A stretch of 19,099 bases of DNA, taken from positions 105,088 through 124,186 of IMG/VR virus record IMGVR_UViG_3300031949_000413, one strand, 5' to 3'. This DNA is from a virus (lineage: Duplodnaviria; Heunggongvirae; Uroviricota; Caudoviricetes). The position numbers and the translations under genes were made by a program. Below are positions 7,586 through 17,395 of the stretch, piece after piece (the stretch's first letter is position 1; every line of letters starts with the position of its first letter). The notes below the pieces were generated by a model that did no database searches, was not told where the DNA came from, and saw only the letters and a program-made list of their open reading frames with translations.

Positions 7586-7803
7586 CTATCCCCCAATTTA
7601 ACGCGCCTAGTCATGCCACGCATGATCTGGGCAGGTGCAGACATCTGTGTGTCAATCTCGACTGAACGACTTAAACTGCGCCGAATGGCTACTGTAAACT
7701 GGATAATCTCCCGATAGCCTACTGCAATTGATGCACTACCAATCGCAAATGGATCAAAAAACCCACCGAAGTTCGTAATCTGACGCCCGCGTGGTGCTGC
7801 CAT
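7582..7803 (-). CDS. Hypothetical protein (73 aa)
   Basis: Stop/start overlaps at both ends (TGATG upstream, ATGA downstream) support a real gene. Confidence 0.5.
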   Translation of the reverse strand: MAAPRGRQITNFGGFFDPFAIGSASIAVGYREIIQFTVAIRRSLSRSVEIDTQMSAPAQIMRGMTRRVKLGDR

Positions 7804-8345
7804 CAAGAGCCTACCGTTAGACTCTCAATCGGCTCGTTCGTCGCATCAACTGAGATCGTCTGGCTCATGTGCAGGGTGGAGCCATCAGTTCTGTACACTT
7901 TCAGCACACCCGCATCGTCCACGATTCTTGATACTGCCTTCAAGATTGCCGTCGTTAGCGAATGCAATGCCGCTGTTGTCTCCACATTGTCGATGTCACG
8001 TGACAGAATTGCATCGGCTATCTCTTCCAGTGTTGTAGCGGTAAAACCATAACTAATACCGCCCATATTGCCACTAACAGTTGCCTCAATGTAAATTGTG
8101 TAAGACTTACCGCTCTCAAATCCATTAGCCGCAGTGCAAGCAATCAACTCTGTGTAAAATCCAGTTGTATTGGCATCGTCCAACTTAGACATTGTGCCAG
8201 TTAGAATAGCCGTGGCCGTCTCGTTTTCATACAGACGATAGGTTGGCTCGGTTGCAGCATCCGTCAGAATACCCGTATCGGGATCATGGGTACACACACT
8301 AAAAACCAAATCGCTTCCGATAATGGCGCTACTTTGGCATCCCAC
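7803..8345 (-). CDS. Hypothetical structural protein
   Basis: 180 aa, GTG start after a GGAGGTGA SD. Thr/Asp-rich beta N-terminus and a short helical segment. Confidence 0.55.
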   Translation of the reverse strand: MGCQSSAIIGSDLVFSVCTHDPDTGILTDAATEPTYRLYENETATAILTGTMSKLDDANTTGFYTELIACTAANGFESGKSYTIYIEATVSGNMGGISYGFTATTLEEIADAILSRDIDNVETTAALHSLTTAILKAVSRIVDDAGVLKVYRTDGSTLHMSQTISVDATNEPIESLTVGS

Positions 8346-8547
8346 CGCTCACCTCCACAGCATCGGCTTTGAACTCCCCACAGAAGCCGGTTTTTTCCAC
8401 AATAGGCCACATACCGAAGTAACGGCCATATTTCGAGTAAACGACCGGGTACTTCTTATGGCAGTAGCCTTGACTTTTAGGTAAACCGACCAGCGACTCA
8501 TGCTGGTTGTCGTACCATGTGCATTTCCCGCACAGAAATGAGATCAT
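8329..8547 (-). CDS. Small Cys-rich putative Zn-binding protein (72 aa)
   Basis: GGAG SD 7 nt before ATG 8547. Motif CGKC..Y...GYCHKKYP...WPIV....FCGEF has four Cys. Confidence 0.6.
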   Translation of the reverse strand: MISFLCGKCTWYDNQHESLVGLPKSQGYCHKKYPVVYSKYGRYFGMWPIVEKTGFCGEFKADAVEVSGGMPK

Positions 8548-10228
8548 TTGATGACTCCACAACTTTGTCCAATTTCCTTCGATCTTCATCTGTCCAGCCA
8601 GGTATGGGCCAGAACTTGTCTATCAACCACGCGAGCGGCCTAACCTGTCCAGGAAAACTTCCATTAAAGAATGTCTCCCGCGCCTTGCTTTTTGCGTGTT
8701 CGACCTGCTGCCCAGATATGGGGTAAGGAAATCCAAAGTCAAAACCTTGCGTGCGAAAGCAGTGTGCATACCACGTTTTCTGATTACACATCACCCTTCC
8801 GCCCGATAACCATGTGCGACAAGCAACTTCTATGCCTTGACTTCCCCATGAGCCAAACGACTCATCACACACATTCAATTCCCAATACTTATCGCGTGTC
8901 AACATCCAACACGATCCCTGAAGCGACATGGTTTCTGTCAATTTCCCCTTGCCTTCTGGCCGCTTACTGAACTCTCTAAAATAGCGGAAATGGGGTTCGG
9001 AGTCAAAGCAGTATGCTTTGCTTTGTGGATTGTTTTTAGCAATCCACACAATGTCCATTATAGTCTCTTTCCCGCAAACTGTACATAATCCGCTTGGGCC
9101 TTGATAACGCCTGTGTCCATCAGGGCAAACCCAATCGAAAACATGAAGATTGCACATGATCGGCACAGTCGTCCAGTCATCCTGCATATCGGCCATCATC
9201 TTCACATCAAACCCCTGATCAAAGGCACAGTGGGCATCAACCTTCATCACATATTTAGCCGTAGACATTCTGGCCGCCATGTTCGTTGCCGCTCGCTGCC
9301 CGATACTCTCGGCTAGTTCCACTACTCGCACTCGTTGGTGTTCTTGTATAGGCGGATTGGCAGGCGCACCATCCAATACCACGATAGCCTCAGTGGACTC
9401 TCCGCTATGCTCAAGTATGTCTTGAACCGTTCTTGCTACGAACTGCTCATTGCGCGCTGGAATAAGCACGCTCAGTTCGACCGGCTTTGGTTTAGCCTTG
9501 TGCCGGTATATTGGCACATCAACCTTCTGGCCGTCCTTTAATGGAAAGAACCGTTCAATCGTCTTGGGTAAATCCGGCCAGCCTGGTATGTGCGTCACGT
9601 CCGACTCTTCCCAGAACTTAGGTTTCCTGATGAACTTTTCGGTAGACCATCGCTTCGGCGTCAAATTGCCACCATGACACAAATCCACATTCGGCGCAGA
9701 TGGATAGAATTTCTCGAACTTGTACCAATGTTCCCACTTAATGCGATGATGTGTGAAAGGCTCGAAGCCGAGAACCATGCCAAATCCATGTTGTGATACC
9801 CAATCCAATCTTTCCTTAAAATGAATAACCGCAGGCTCACGATAAACGACCAAGCCCGACAATGGACTGACATCATAGTGAACCGCAAAACCATCCGTCA
9901 TTCTCAAGAACCAATAATTGCCGTTGTAGTAGTAAGTCTCCGGATCGGGCGGCACGAACTTGAAATGTTCGGATGAATATAAAACATCATGCTCCGCGAA
10001 GTAGACCACATCCTCAGTCATGGCCTCCAAACCGGTAAGTATCTGCCGATACATCGTCTTGTAGCTACGCTCGCCCTGCACCACAATGTTTCGGCCAAAG
10101 TTAGTCGGCTTGAGTGTGACACTGGTAATAGGTAGCCCTGACTGCTCAATGTACTTCTTACAGGCCAGCGACATTCTGATATTCAGAGCATTGTCACTGA
10201 AGTACAGGATCGCCTTTTGCCCGCTCAT
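8498..10228 (-). CDS. Two-domain glycosyltransferase: N-terminal GT-A-like domain plus C-terminal GT2/GT27 (ppGalNAc-T)-like domain
   Basis: N domain has VYFAEHDVLY. C domain has LSVLIPARNE, IVVLDG, KVDAHC, and WGSQGIEVACRTWLSGG...YAHCFR. Confidence 0.85.
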   Translation of the reverse strand: MSGQKAILYFSDNALNIRMSLACKKYIEQSGLPITSVTLKPTNFGRNIVVQGERSYKTMYRQILTGLEAMTEDVVYFAEHDVLYSSEHFKFVPPDPETYYYNGNYWFLRMTDGFAVHYDVSPLSGLVVYREPAVIHFKERLDWVSQHGFGMVLGFEPFTHHRIKWEHWYKFEKFYPSAPNVDLCHGGNLTPKRWSTEKFIRKPKFWEESDVTHIPGWPDLPKTIERFFPLKDGQKVDVPIYRHKAKPKPVELSVLIPARNEQFVARTVQDILEHSGESTEAIVVLDGAPANPPIQEHQRVRVVELAESIGQRAATNMAARMSTAKYVMKVDAHCAFDQGFDVKMMADMQDDWTTVPIMCNLHVFDWVCPDGHRRYQGPSGLCTVCGKETIMDIVWIAKNNPQSKAYCFDSEPHFRYFREFSKRPEGKGKLTETMSLQGSCWMLTRDKYWELNVCDESFGSWGSQGIEVACRTWLSGGRVMCNQKTWYAHCFRTQGFDFGFPYPISGQQVEHAKSKARETFFNGSFPGQVRPLAWLIDKFWPIPGWTDEDRRKLDKVVESSNDLISVREMHMVRQPA

Positions 10229-10980
10229 GAGGCATCTCCATTAAAATGTTTTATCCAATAATCCCTATTGCCATTTGTTTTCATGTGACAGCTTCTGCAA
10301 AGAGTTATCAGATTGATCGGATTACAATTTTTCTTATCGTAATCAATATGATGGCAATGTAATATGTGTCCCGCCTCATCTTGGCGTATACCACATTCTT
10401 GACAAGTATAATCGTCTCTTTCTCTGATGCTTCTCCTTAACGTACTTGTCCAGTCGCCAGGATACAGATCAAATGATACTCCGCCTCTCCATAGGTTACT
10501 TTTATTTCCTAGCCTAATTGTTAATGGTGGCCTGAGTCCCCTTCTCTTACAGGTCTCACTTATCTTCCTTTTTGCCTCGTTCGATAATGTTGTCCCCCTC
10601 TTGGGAGATGGCATCCCACGATTCGCCTCATGCGCCTTCTTAACGGCCTCCCTAGAGGCCAACATGGATTTTGTGCTGTTCTTTTTGCCTACACTTATCT
10701 TATCTCCCCAAGTAACTTTTTTCCCTGCCAAGAATCCTTTCATTCCCTTATTCCAAGCAGTATGTCCCATATGTGATCTGCTCAGATTCTTTCTGTGTTC
10801 TTCTGTAATTTTTCTGCCGCGCACAGATTCGACTAGCTTTCTTTTCTGGTACTCTGTTAATTTTCGTCCTTTGTGAGCTTCGCCTATTCTCCTTTTGTGT
10901 TCCTCGCTCAGACTCTTTCCCTTATGAGCCTCGCTCAACTTCCTCTTGTGTTCTTCTGTAAGATGTGAACCCTTACGCAT
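10225..10980 (-). CDS. NUMOD3-repeat HNH homing endonuclease
   Basis: Repeated (L/I)(S/T)EEHK(R/K)K(L/I)SEAHKG units. C-terminal IRERDDYTCQECG...HCHHIDYDKKNCNPINLITLCRSCH. Confidence 0.9.
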   Translation of the reverse strand: MRKGSHLTEEHKRKLSEAHKGKSLSEEHKRRIGEAHKGRKLTEYQKRKLVESVRGRKITEEHRKNLSRSHMGHTAWNKGMKGFLAGKKVTWGDKISVGKKNSTKSMLASREAVKKAHEANRGMPSPKRGTTLSNEAKRKISETCKRRGLRPPLTIRLGNKSNLWRGGVSFDLYPGDWTSTLRRSIRERDDYTCQECGIRQDEAGHILHCHHIDYDKKNCNPINLITLCRSCHMKTNGNRDYWIKHFNGDAS

Positions 10981-11716
10981 ATTCCTCTCCTTTATAGCTC
11001 ACTTCTTCGCGCTGGTGCAGGTTGTGAAACAGCCCCTTCGGGTTCAAATTTCCGTCCCGATGGAAGCGGCCAGTAGGAAACATATAGATAGCCGAACCTG
11101 TCGCAAGATGGATACCATTCCGATTGGCGTATCTGCCCCACTTCGTGTTGAAGTAGCAGTCATCGCCACGCCGACTAACAGGGTGGTAGCCCACTAAGCT
11201 ATACTTCGGATCGTAGCCCCCCAGTTGCTCAAAAGTAGATTTTCTAATGGTGAACGTGTTCTTGTGAACACCTGCGTATAGGCCAAACTTCTTTAAGCGA
11301 TTCTCATCAAAGCCATAGACCTTCAGAACTTCTACATCTTGGCTCAAGTTCCCATCCTCAGTCAAAATCCCAAAGTATCGCTTGAACATCATCCGATCGC
11401 CCGTGAAGTGTCTAGTATCCTCAATGGCCTCACGCGAGAGAATGTGATCGATGTCTGTCATTAGCAGGTACTCGCCCTGTGCTTTAATGGCTCCCAAGTT
11501 CCGCCCTAACCCCTGTGTCCATGCCAACATATTTCCTGTAGGGTATATGCTCAGGTTGTTCAATTTATAGTCTTCTCTCCTGAGAGGTGGATTGCTGCCA
11601 TCGTCAACTACTATGAACTCTACATCATCGGGCAGGCGCATCTTGTTAAAATACTTCACCTGTCGGGCCAACGCGCCGTGACTCTGATAGATCGATATGA
11701 TGACTGATGCCTTCAT
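10973..11716 (-). CDS. Glycosyltransferase family 2 (with GT7-C-like GGYD segment)
   Basis: ASVIISIY, FIVVDDGS, GRNLGAIKAQGEYLLMTDID, FEQLGGYDP. Confidence 0.9.
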   Translation of the reverse strand: MKASVIISIYQSHGALARQVKYFNKMRLPDDVEFIVVDDGSNPPLRREDYKLNNLSIYPTGNMLAWTQGLGRNLGAIKAQGEYLLMTDIDHILSREAIEDTRHFTGDRMMFKRYFGILTEDGNLSQDVEVLKVYGFDENRLKKFGLYAGVHKNTFTIRKSTFEQLGGYDPKYSLVGYHPVSRRGDDCYFNTKWGRYANRNGIHLATGSAIYMFPTGRFHRDGNLNPKGLFHNLHQREEVSYKGEEYA

Positions 11717-12210
11717 TGCCAGTTACTCACATCCTTAAAGTTACTCACCACTGACGTATTGGGCCGTAGTTTAGTGTAGTCGTATCTGTACTTGAACAGC
11801 CCCCACGTCTTATCAAACGCATACCGATCATTCTGGTCTGGTTCAGTATCATGGATAACGATATAGTCAGCAAGGTTTGCCAACCGCGCTACCTCTTTGG
11901 GCCTGCGCCAGCCCGGAGAATGATCAATAAATACTAACCCCCACCGCCGCTGGTCAAAGTTGGCGCTATTCCAATCCTTACAGAGTATAATGTGGTGATA
12001 TTCGCTCTCGAATTGCAATGCCTTAGCATACCAACCATCTCGGCTCTCGTAAGAGTAGACATGCCGCTTGGAAATCGTCGCCAGCCAGTGCAATAGTGTT
12101 GTGGAGAAATAGCCCGTTCCCACTTCCAGCACATCTCCCTCAGAAATATCAAATACTCTTGCCAATAGTGGAATATGTGTCGCCACTGATTCCTTGCCAT
12201 GCTTAGGCAT
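11713..12210 (-). CDS. Class I SAM-dependent methyltransferase-like protein
   Basis: VLEVGTGYFST (motif I), VYSYE, LVFIDH, YIVIHDT. Start placed at ATG 12210 (8-bp overlap with the GT stop) rather than 12345. Confidence 0.75.
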   Translation of the reverse strand: MPKHGKESVATHIPLLARVFDISEGDVLEVGTGYFSTTLLHWLATISKRHVYSYESRDGWYAKALQFESEYHHIILCKDWNSANFDQRRWGLVFIDHSPGWRRPKEVARLANLADYIVIHDTEPDQNDRYAFDKTWGLFKYRYDYTKLRPNTSVVSNFKDVSNWQ

Positions 12211-13066
12211 AAAGTTTACTCTTCCAGTCAGCAGGCCAGCCGGGTAGAGGCCAAAACTGTTCAATAGTTCTGATAAATAGGTCTTTGTTTTCATGAACCG
12301 CCAGATCATAAGAGTAGGCATTACAATCTCTGATACTTTGTACACTCATAAAGTACATCCTTCCATACTTATTACCTTTGTGTAAATGAGCATACCAAGT
12401 GTCCTTATTGGTTATTATCCTGCCTCCATCTCTCCAAACTTTGAGCGCGATAGATTCCGCTTCTTGTCCCCAGCCGGAATAGCCTTCTATCTGCATCAGC
12501 CCCAAATGCTTAAAATAGTCTCGCGTCATTAGCCAGCAACTACCCTGAAAGTGCAGGGTACTATCGACCAACACATTCTGTCTAGCCAATGTACGCGCAT
12601 CCCACTTGAATCCATGCAGGGCTGGCCTGTCAAACTTTAGCGGCCACATCGTATACTCGTAATCAATGGGTGGCCGATTATCTACCTGTGTCTGTAAGCA
12701 CCAGCTCTCGGCATCCAAACGCTGCCTTCTAGGTATCTGAACCCAGTCATCTTGGTGAACACTAATCAGCTTCTCATCGAAGCCCACATCCATCATGCAA
12801 TGAGCATCTAGCGACATCAGATACTTGCCCTGCCCTATATGGGCTACGTGATTGATAGCATGTCGCTTCTTGGTATAGGACGTTGGCTCGAAGCGAATGT
12901 AGTGAACTCTAGGATCATCGACAATCTCGCTTACTGGCGGTTCGTAGCCATCAAGTACAGGGTAGACCTCAATGTTGCCCGTTGCCTTAGCAAGAACATC
13001 TCGGATGGTCTTCTCTAGGAATATCTCGCTCTTACTGGGTATGACAATATCCAAAGATTTACCCAT
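12203..13066 (-). CDS. GT2/GT27 (ppGalNAc-T)-like glycosyltransferase
   Basis: [35 protein letters not shown]...WYAH. Start overlaps the mucin-like gene stop by 8 bp. Confidence 0.85.
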   Translation of the reverse strand: MGKSLDIVIPSKSEIFLEKTIRDVLAKATGNIEVYPVLDGYEPPVSEIVDDPRVHYIRFEPTSYTKKRHAINHVAHIGQGKYLMSLDAHCMMDVGFDEKLISVHQDDWVQIPRRQRLDAESWCLQTQVDNRPPIDYEYTMWPLKFDRPALHGFKWDARTLARQNVLVDSTLHFQGSCWLMTRDYFKHLGLMQIEGYSGWGQEAESIALKVWRDGGRIITNKDTWYAHLHKGNKYGRMYFMSVQSIRDCNAYSYDLAVHENKDLFIRTIEQFWPLPGWPADWKSKLYA

Positions 13067-16000
13067 TGACGATCAATCCTCCACCGATAAGGCTATGAAC
13101 ACCATTGGCACTGATAATGACTCTGGCTATGAAGCCACCTGATGGCGATGGGCTTGGACTGGCGGACGCGCTTGGACTAGCCGATGCACTAGGCGAAACA
13201 GACGCACTCGGACTGGCGCTTGGACTCTCAGAAGCCGAAGGGCTATACGACGGTGAAGCACTGGCACTAGGGCTTACTGAAGGCGAAATACTGGCGCTCG
13301 GACTTACGGATGCTGACGGTGAAAGGCTAGGACTGACACTAGCTGATGGTGACACGCTAGGCGAAACAGAAGCAGACGGAGATAGAGAAGCCGAAGGCGA
13401 CAGGCTGGGTGATTCTGATGCACTTGGGCTTAAACTCGCACTAGGCGACAAGGACACTGACTCACTAATCCCTGCACTTGGACTGACTGACGCTGACGGC
13501 GATAAGCTGGCAGACGGACTAACCGATGGTGACACAGATGCCGATGGACTTACAGACGCACTTGGCGATAATGATGGCGAAACTGACACAGAAGGAGACA
13601 TACTCGCTGATGGACTCAGGCTAGGGCTGACACTCGTACTGGGCGACAACGATGCCGATGGGCTAATTGAAGGCGATATGGAAGCCGATGGAGAAACCGA
13701 TGCCGATGGTGATAGCGAAGGACTCTCGCTAGCTGACGGTGACAATGAGGCCGATGGACTTAACGATGGACTAATGCTGGCGCTCGGAGATAACGAAGGC
13801 GACTCTGAGGCGCTAGGTGACAAGCTGGCACTTGGCGAAAGACTTGGACTAATTGACGCGCTAGGGCTCAAAGAGGCTGATGGACTCAATGATGGCGATA
13901 TAGATGCTGATGGGCTTAAAGATGCACTTGGGCTAACACTAGGAGAGATACTAACACTAGGCGAAATACTCGCACTTGGGCTCAGGCTAGGCGATACGCT
14001 GGTACTTGGTGAAACCGATGCCGAAGGACTAACAGATGGCGATTCACTGGCGCTTGGACTAAGCGAAGCGGACGGCGAAATGCTAGGACTTACTGATGCG
14101 CTTGGCGAAAGACTTGGACTAACACTAGCACTGGGACTGATTGAGGCGCTCGGAGATACCGAAGGACTCTCGCTAGCTGACGGACTTAAACTTGGCGAGT
14201 TGCCCGCCGAAGGACTCACTGAAGCACTTGGAGATAAGCTCGGACTCACTGAAGCCGATGGGCTAAGACTTGCGCTCGGACTCTGTGAGGCCGATGGACT
14301 AGCACTAGGACTCTCGGATGCTGATGGTGAAATACTTGCCGATGGCGAAACACTAGGACTCTCACTGGCCGATGGTGATAAGCTGGCGCTAGGGCTGAGG
14401 CTCGGTGATTCACTAGCGGACGGTGAGAGAGACGGACTTTCCGATACTGAGGGTGACAAGCTTGGGCTAATAGAAGCTGACGGACTCAAGCTTGCACTTG
14501 GGCTCAGGGAAGGAGATTCGCTCGCTGATGGTGACAAAGATGCAGACGGAGAAACCGATGGTGATTCGGACGCACTTGGAGAAATGCTTGGACTTTCGGA
14601 AGCACTAGGACTTAATGAAGGAGACTCTGATGCACTAGGCGATAAACTCGCGGAAGGCGATAATGATGGTGACTCCGATGCGCTCGGTGATAGACTGGCG
14701 CTGGGGCTTAAACTTGGTGAAACACTTGCACTTGGGCTAATAGATGCGGAAGGCGATAAGCTAGGTGACACTGATGCTGACGGCGATAACGACGCCGATG
14801 GACTTAGACTTGGCGACTCTGAGGCAGAAGGGCTTAACGACGCACTGGGACTCAACGACGGCGACACCGAAGATGAAGGGCTGAGACTTGCTGATGGGCT
14901 AACGCTTGGTGATACACTGGCCGAAGGCGACAGACTGGGACTTATACTAGCCGAAGGACTCAAGCTGGCGCTGGGCGACAAGCTTGGAGATTCACTAGCT
15001 GATGGAGATATAGATGCCGAAGGTGATAGTGATGGCGACACGCTCGCGCTCGGTGATAACGACGCACTAGGCGATAGGGATGGACTCTCTGATGCTGAAG
15101 GTGACAGGCTAGGGCTTATACTGGCGCTAGGCGACAAGGAAGCCGATGGCGACAATGATGGACTCTCAGAGGCCGATGGGCTTACACTTGCGCTAGGGCT
15201 TAATGAAGGAGAGATACTTGCAGATGGCGATAAGCTCGCGCTCGGTGATAGAGATGGACTAATACTAGCAGACGGACTCAGACTCGCTGACGGGCTGATA
15301 GATGGTGATACACTCGCGCTTGGAGACAGTGACGCCGAAGGAGAAACCGATGGCGACTCACTGGCCGATGGGCTGAGACTAGCCGATGGCGAAACGCTCG
15401 GACTTTCAGATGATGAAGGAGATATGCTCGCTGACGGACTCAGACTGGGCGACTGGCTGGCGCTTGGACTTAAGCTAGCACTAGGACTCAGGCTAGGACT
15501 GACACTACTGGACGGCGATACAGACGGGCTGGAGCTGGCACTTGGCGATATAGACGCACTTGGACTGACACTCGCTGAAGGCGAGACGCTGGGACTGACA
15601 GACGACGATGGACTGACACTGGAACTGCTGGCCGCCACCATATCGTCATAAGTCAAACCGTTGCCACCACCGTAAACAATCCCCCGCTCATCGGCAGATA
15701 TTACACGCCCCCATAGCATGATCGGGCCAATGCGACCATCCATCGTGTTATCTGCGCCACCATCATATCCGACCCGAACAATGTTTGTGCCAATGGCATG
15801 TGTCGAGCCAGCAACGGGTGTCTCCTCCGTGCCACCATCTACCTGCATGTGCAAAGTGTTGTCAGTAGCCGTGTACCAGACAATCACAAACTTCCATACA
15901 TTATTGGGAGTACCTTGTACAGCACTATGCTGGGTATCGTATCCGCCACCGCCATATCCCATCTGGAAGAAAATCTGATTGGCCCCGTTCAGGCCAACTG

Positions 16001-17387
16001 TGATACCACCATCATAGCCTACCTGATGCCACAGATAGTGATACATATTCGGTGAAGCACCGGGTGGCGTGTTGTACTGATAATACCAAATTGCCATCGT
16101 AAAATCAGCATCACCGAAACGAACATCATCATTGTCACGGGTAAAACCTTCAGTGGTTAAAACTGTAAATTCACGCGCCGTGGCATAGACCTTGCCTGTG
16201 TTAGCACCCACGGTGCCATCTTGCGTCATCGTCTTTGAGGCGTGTACACCCAGCATATTCCCGTTGGCTTCATCCATCGGCCAGTAATCAGCCAGCCCAA
16301 AGGCCAGATCGCCTGGCCCAAGTGATGGACTAACACTAGCTGATGGCGATAGCGATGGGCTAATGCTTACGCTTGGTGAAAGGCTTGCACTTGGACTCAG
16401 TGACGGCGATACTGAAGCACTCGGACTCAACGAGGCCGAGGGTGATAATGATGGACTTACGGAAGCCGATGGGCTAAGACTTGCGCTCGGTGACAAACTT
16501 GGCGATACCGATGCAGACGGCGACAAGCTGGCCGATGGTGAGACTGATGGGCTAACCGACACACTAGGACTGACACTCGCTGAAGGCGATAGCGAAGGAC
16601 TGACACTCGCACTGGGCGACAAACTCGCAGAAGGAGAAATGCTTGCACTCGGACTCAAGGAAGGTGAAACCGATGCACTGGGGCTGATAGATGCCGATGG
16701 CGACAAGCTGGGTGATACTGAAGCTGAAGGCGAACGCGAAGCACTGGGGCTGAGTGATGGACTTACACTGGCCGATGGGGAACGCGATGCACTTGGACTA
16801 ACCGAGGCCGAAGGCGATAACGACGGGCTAACCGATGAGCTGCCTGCCACTGCCCCAATATCAAGGTTATAGAACGACCCGCTCCATGTGAAGCCCAGCC
16901 CGCCCCATGCAATAGAAATATAATCACTAGCCTGCGTATAGTTGACAGTACCACTTGTGGAAAGTAAATTAGTGTGACCAGCATCAGAATAGGCATAAAC
17001 TGTAACGTCGCCGTTCGCAACGCGCACAATTTTCAGGTAGTAGCGGGTACTGGCGGAGAAAGAACCGAAGCCGGAGTAACCCCCGTTCTTCTCCAGATAG
17101 AGCATTCCATCGCCGGGCCACCAGTAAACACACAGTCCATCTGAAGCTAACTGACTGTAATCCCAATCGTCAGTATCGCTAATCGCCCAAATACCAGCAG
17201 CCACATCAATACTGAAATCAATGTAGTGCGTAAACGTGCCACTGAAATAGTTTGTCCCATAAAGCTTATCGACGCTCGCGCCTTCATTGTATACGACGCT
17301 CGCACCCGTGATCGTATTCGCAGCAACCGTCAAATGGCTCTGCGGATCATTCTCGTCCCATCCAATCGTAAAATTCTCGAAAGCCAT
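13059..17387 (-). CDS. Giant mucin-like Ser/Pro-repeat protein: beta-sandwich N domain, SP repeat 1, LamG domain, SP repeat 2, short hydrophobic C tail
   Basis: 1442 aa. LamG pattern LADYWPMDE...FTMAIW...WKFVIVWY...[19 protein letters not shown]. About 1000 aa of SPSASX/SPSX repeats. No signal peptide. Confidence 0.85.
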   Translation of the reverse strand: MAFENFTIGWDENDPQSHLTVAANTITGASVVYNEGASVDKLYGTNYFSGTFTHYIDFSIDVAAGIWAISDTDDWDYSQLASDGLCVYWWPGDGMLYLEKNGGYSGFGSFSASTRYYLKIVRVANGDVTVYAYSDAGHTNLLSTSGTVNYTQASDYISIAWGGLGFTWSGSFYNLDIGAVAGSSSVSPSLSPSASVSPSASRSPSASVSPSLSPSASRSPSASVSPSLSPSASISPSASVSPSLSPSASISPSASLSPSASVSPSLSPSASVSPSVSVSPSVSPSASLSPSASVSPSLSPSASLSPSASVSPSLSPSASLSPSASVSPSLSPSASLSPSVSISPSLSPSASVSPSLGPGDLAFGLADYWPMDEANGNMLGVHASKTMTQDGTVGANTGKVYATAREFTVLTTEGFTRDNDDVRFGDADFTMAIWYYQYNTPPGASPNMYHYLWHQVGYDGGITVGLNGANQIFFQMGYGGGGYDTQHSAVQGTPNNVWKFVIVWYTATDNTLHMQVDGGTEETPVAGSTHAIGTNIVRVGYDGGADNTMDGRIGPIMLWGRVISADERGIVYGGGNGLTYDDMVAASSSSVSPSSSVSPSVSPSASVSPSASISPSASSSPSVSPSSSVSPSLSPSASLSPSASQSPSLSPSASISPSSSESPSVSPSASLSPSASESPSVSPSASLSPSASVSPSISPSASLSPSASISPSLSPSASLSPSASISPSLSPSASVSPSASESPSLSPSASLSPSASISPSLSPSASESPSLSPSASLSPSASVSPSLSPSASISPSASESPSLSPSASLSPSASISPSLSPSASVSPSVSPSASLSPSSSVSPSLSPSASLSPSASESPSLSPSASLSPSASVSPSLSPSASISPSASVSPSLSPSASLSPSASESPSLSPSASLSPSASESPSLSPSASESPSISPSASESPSVSPSASLSPSASESPSLSPSASLSPSASISPSLSPSVSESPSLSPSASESPSLSPSASLSPSASESPSVSPSASISPSASESPSASPSASQSPSASLSPSASVSPSLSPSASVSPSAGNSPSLSPSASESPSVSPSASISPSASVSPSLSPSASVSPSISPSASLSPSASESPSVSPSASVSPSTSVSPSLSPSASISPSVSISPSVSPSASLSPSASISPSLSPSASLSPSASISPSLSPSASLSPSASESPSLSPSASISPSLSPSASLSPSASESPSLSPSASVSPSASISPSISPSASLSPSTSVSPSLSPSASMSPSVSVSPSLSPSASVSPSASVSPSVSPSASLSPSASVSPSAGISESVSLSPSASLSPSASESPSLSPSASLSPSASVSPSVSPSASVSPSLSPSASVSPSASISPSVSPSASASPSYSPSASESPSASPSASVSPSASASPSASASPSPSPSGGFIARVIISANGVHSLIGGGLIVNG
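13140..15629 (-). repeat. Coding tandem repeat block 2 (about 830 aa of SPSAS[VLIE]/SPS[LVI])
   Basis: Read directly from the translation; the DNA is degenerate at synonymous positions. Confidence 0.95.
16321..16841 (-). repeat. Coding tandem repeat block 1 (about 174 aa Ser/Pro repeats)
   Basis: Read directly from the translation. Confidence 0.95.
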
Positions 17388-17395
17388 ATTATCTC

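Noticed and set aside
12211-12345. Longer methyltransferase start at 12345
   Set aside because: It would overlap the GT gene by more than 140 bp; ATG 12210 gives the operon's usual 8-bp coupling.
13105-15651. 848-aa antisense ORF (GLADALG... repeats), also 16363-16872
   Set aside because: A mathematical by-product. In this antisense frame, stops arise only opposite sense Tyr/stop (TA-) or His/Gln (CA-) codons, which the Ser/Pro/Ala/Val/Leu repeat almost never uses. The ORF ends where the repeat ends.
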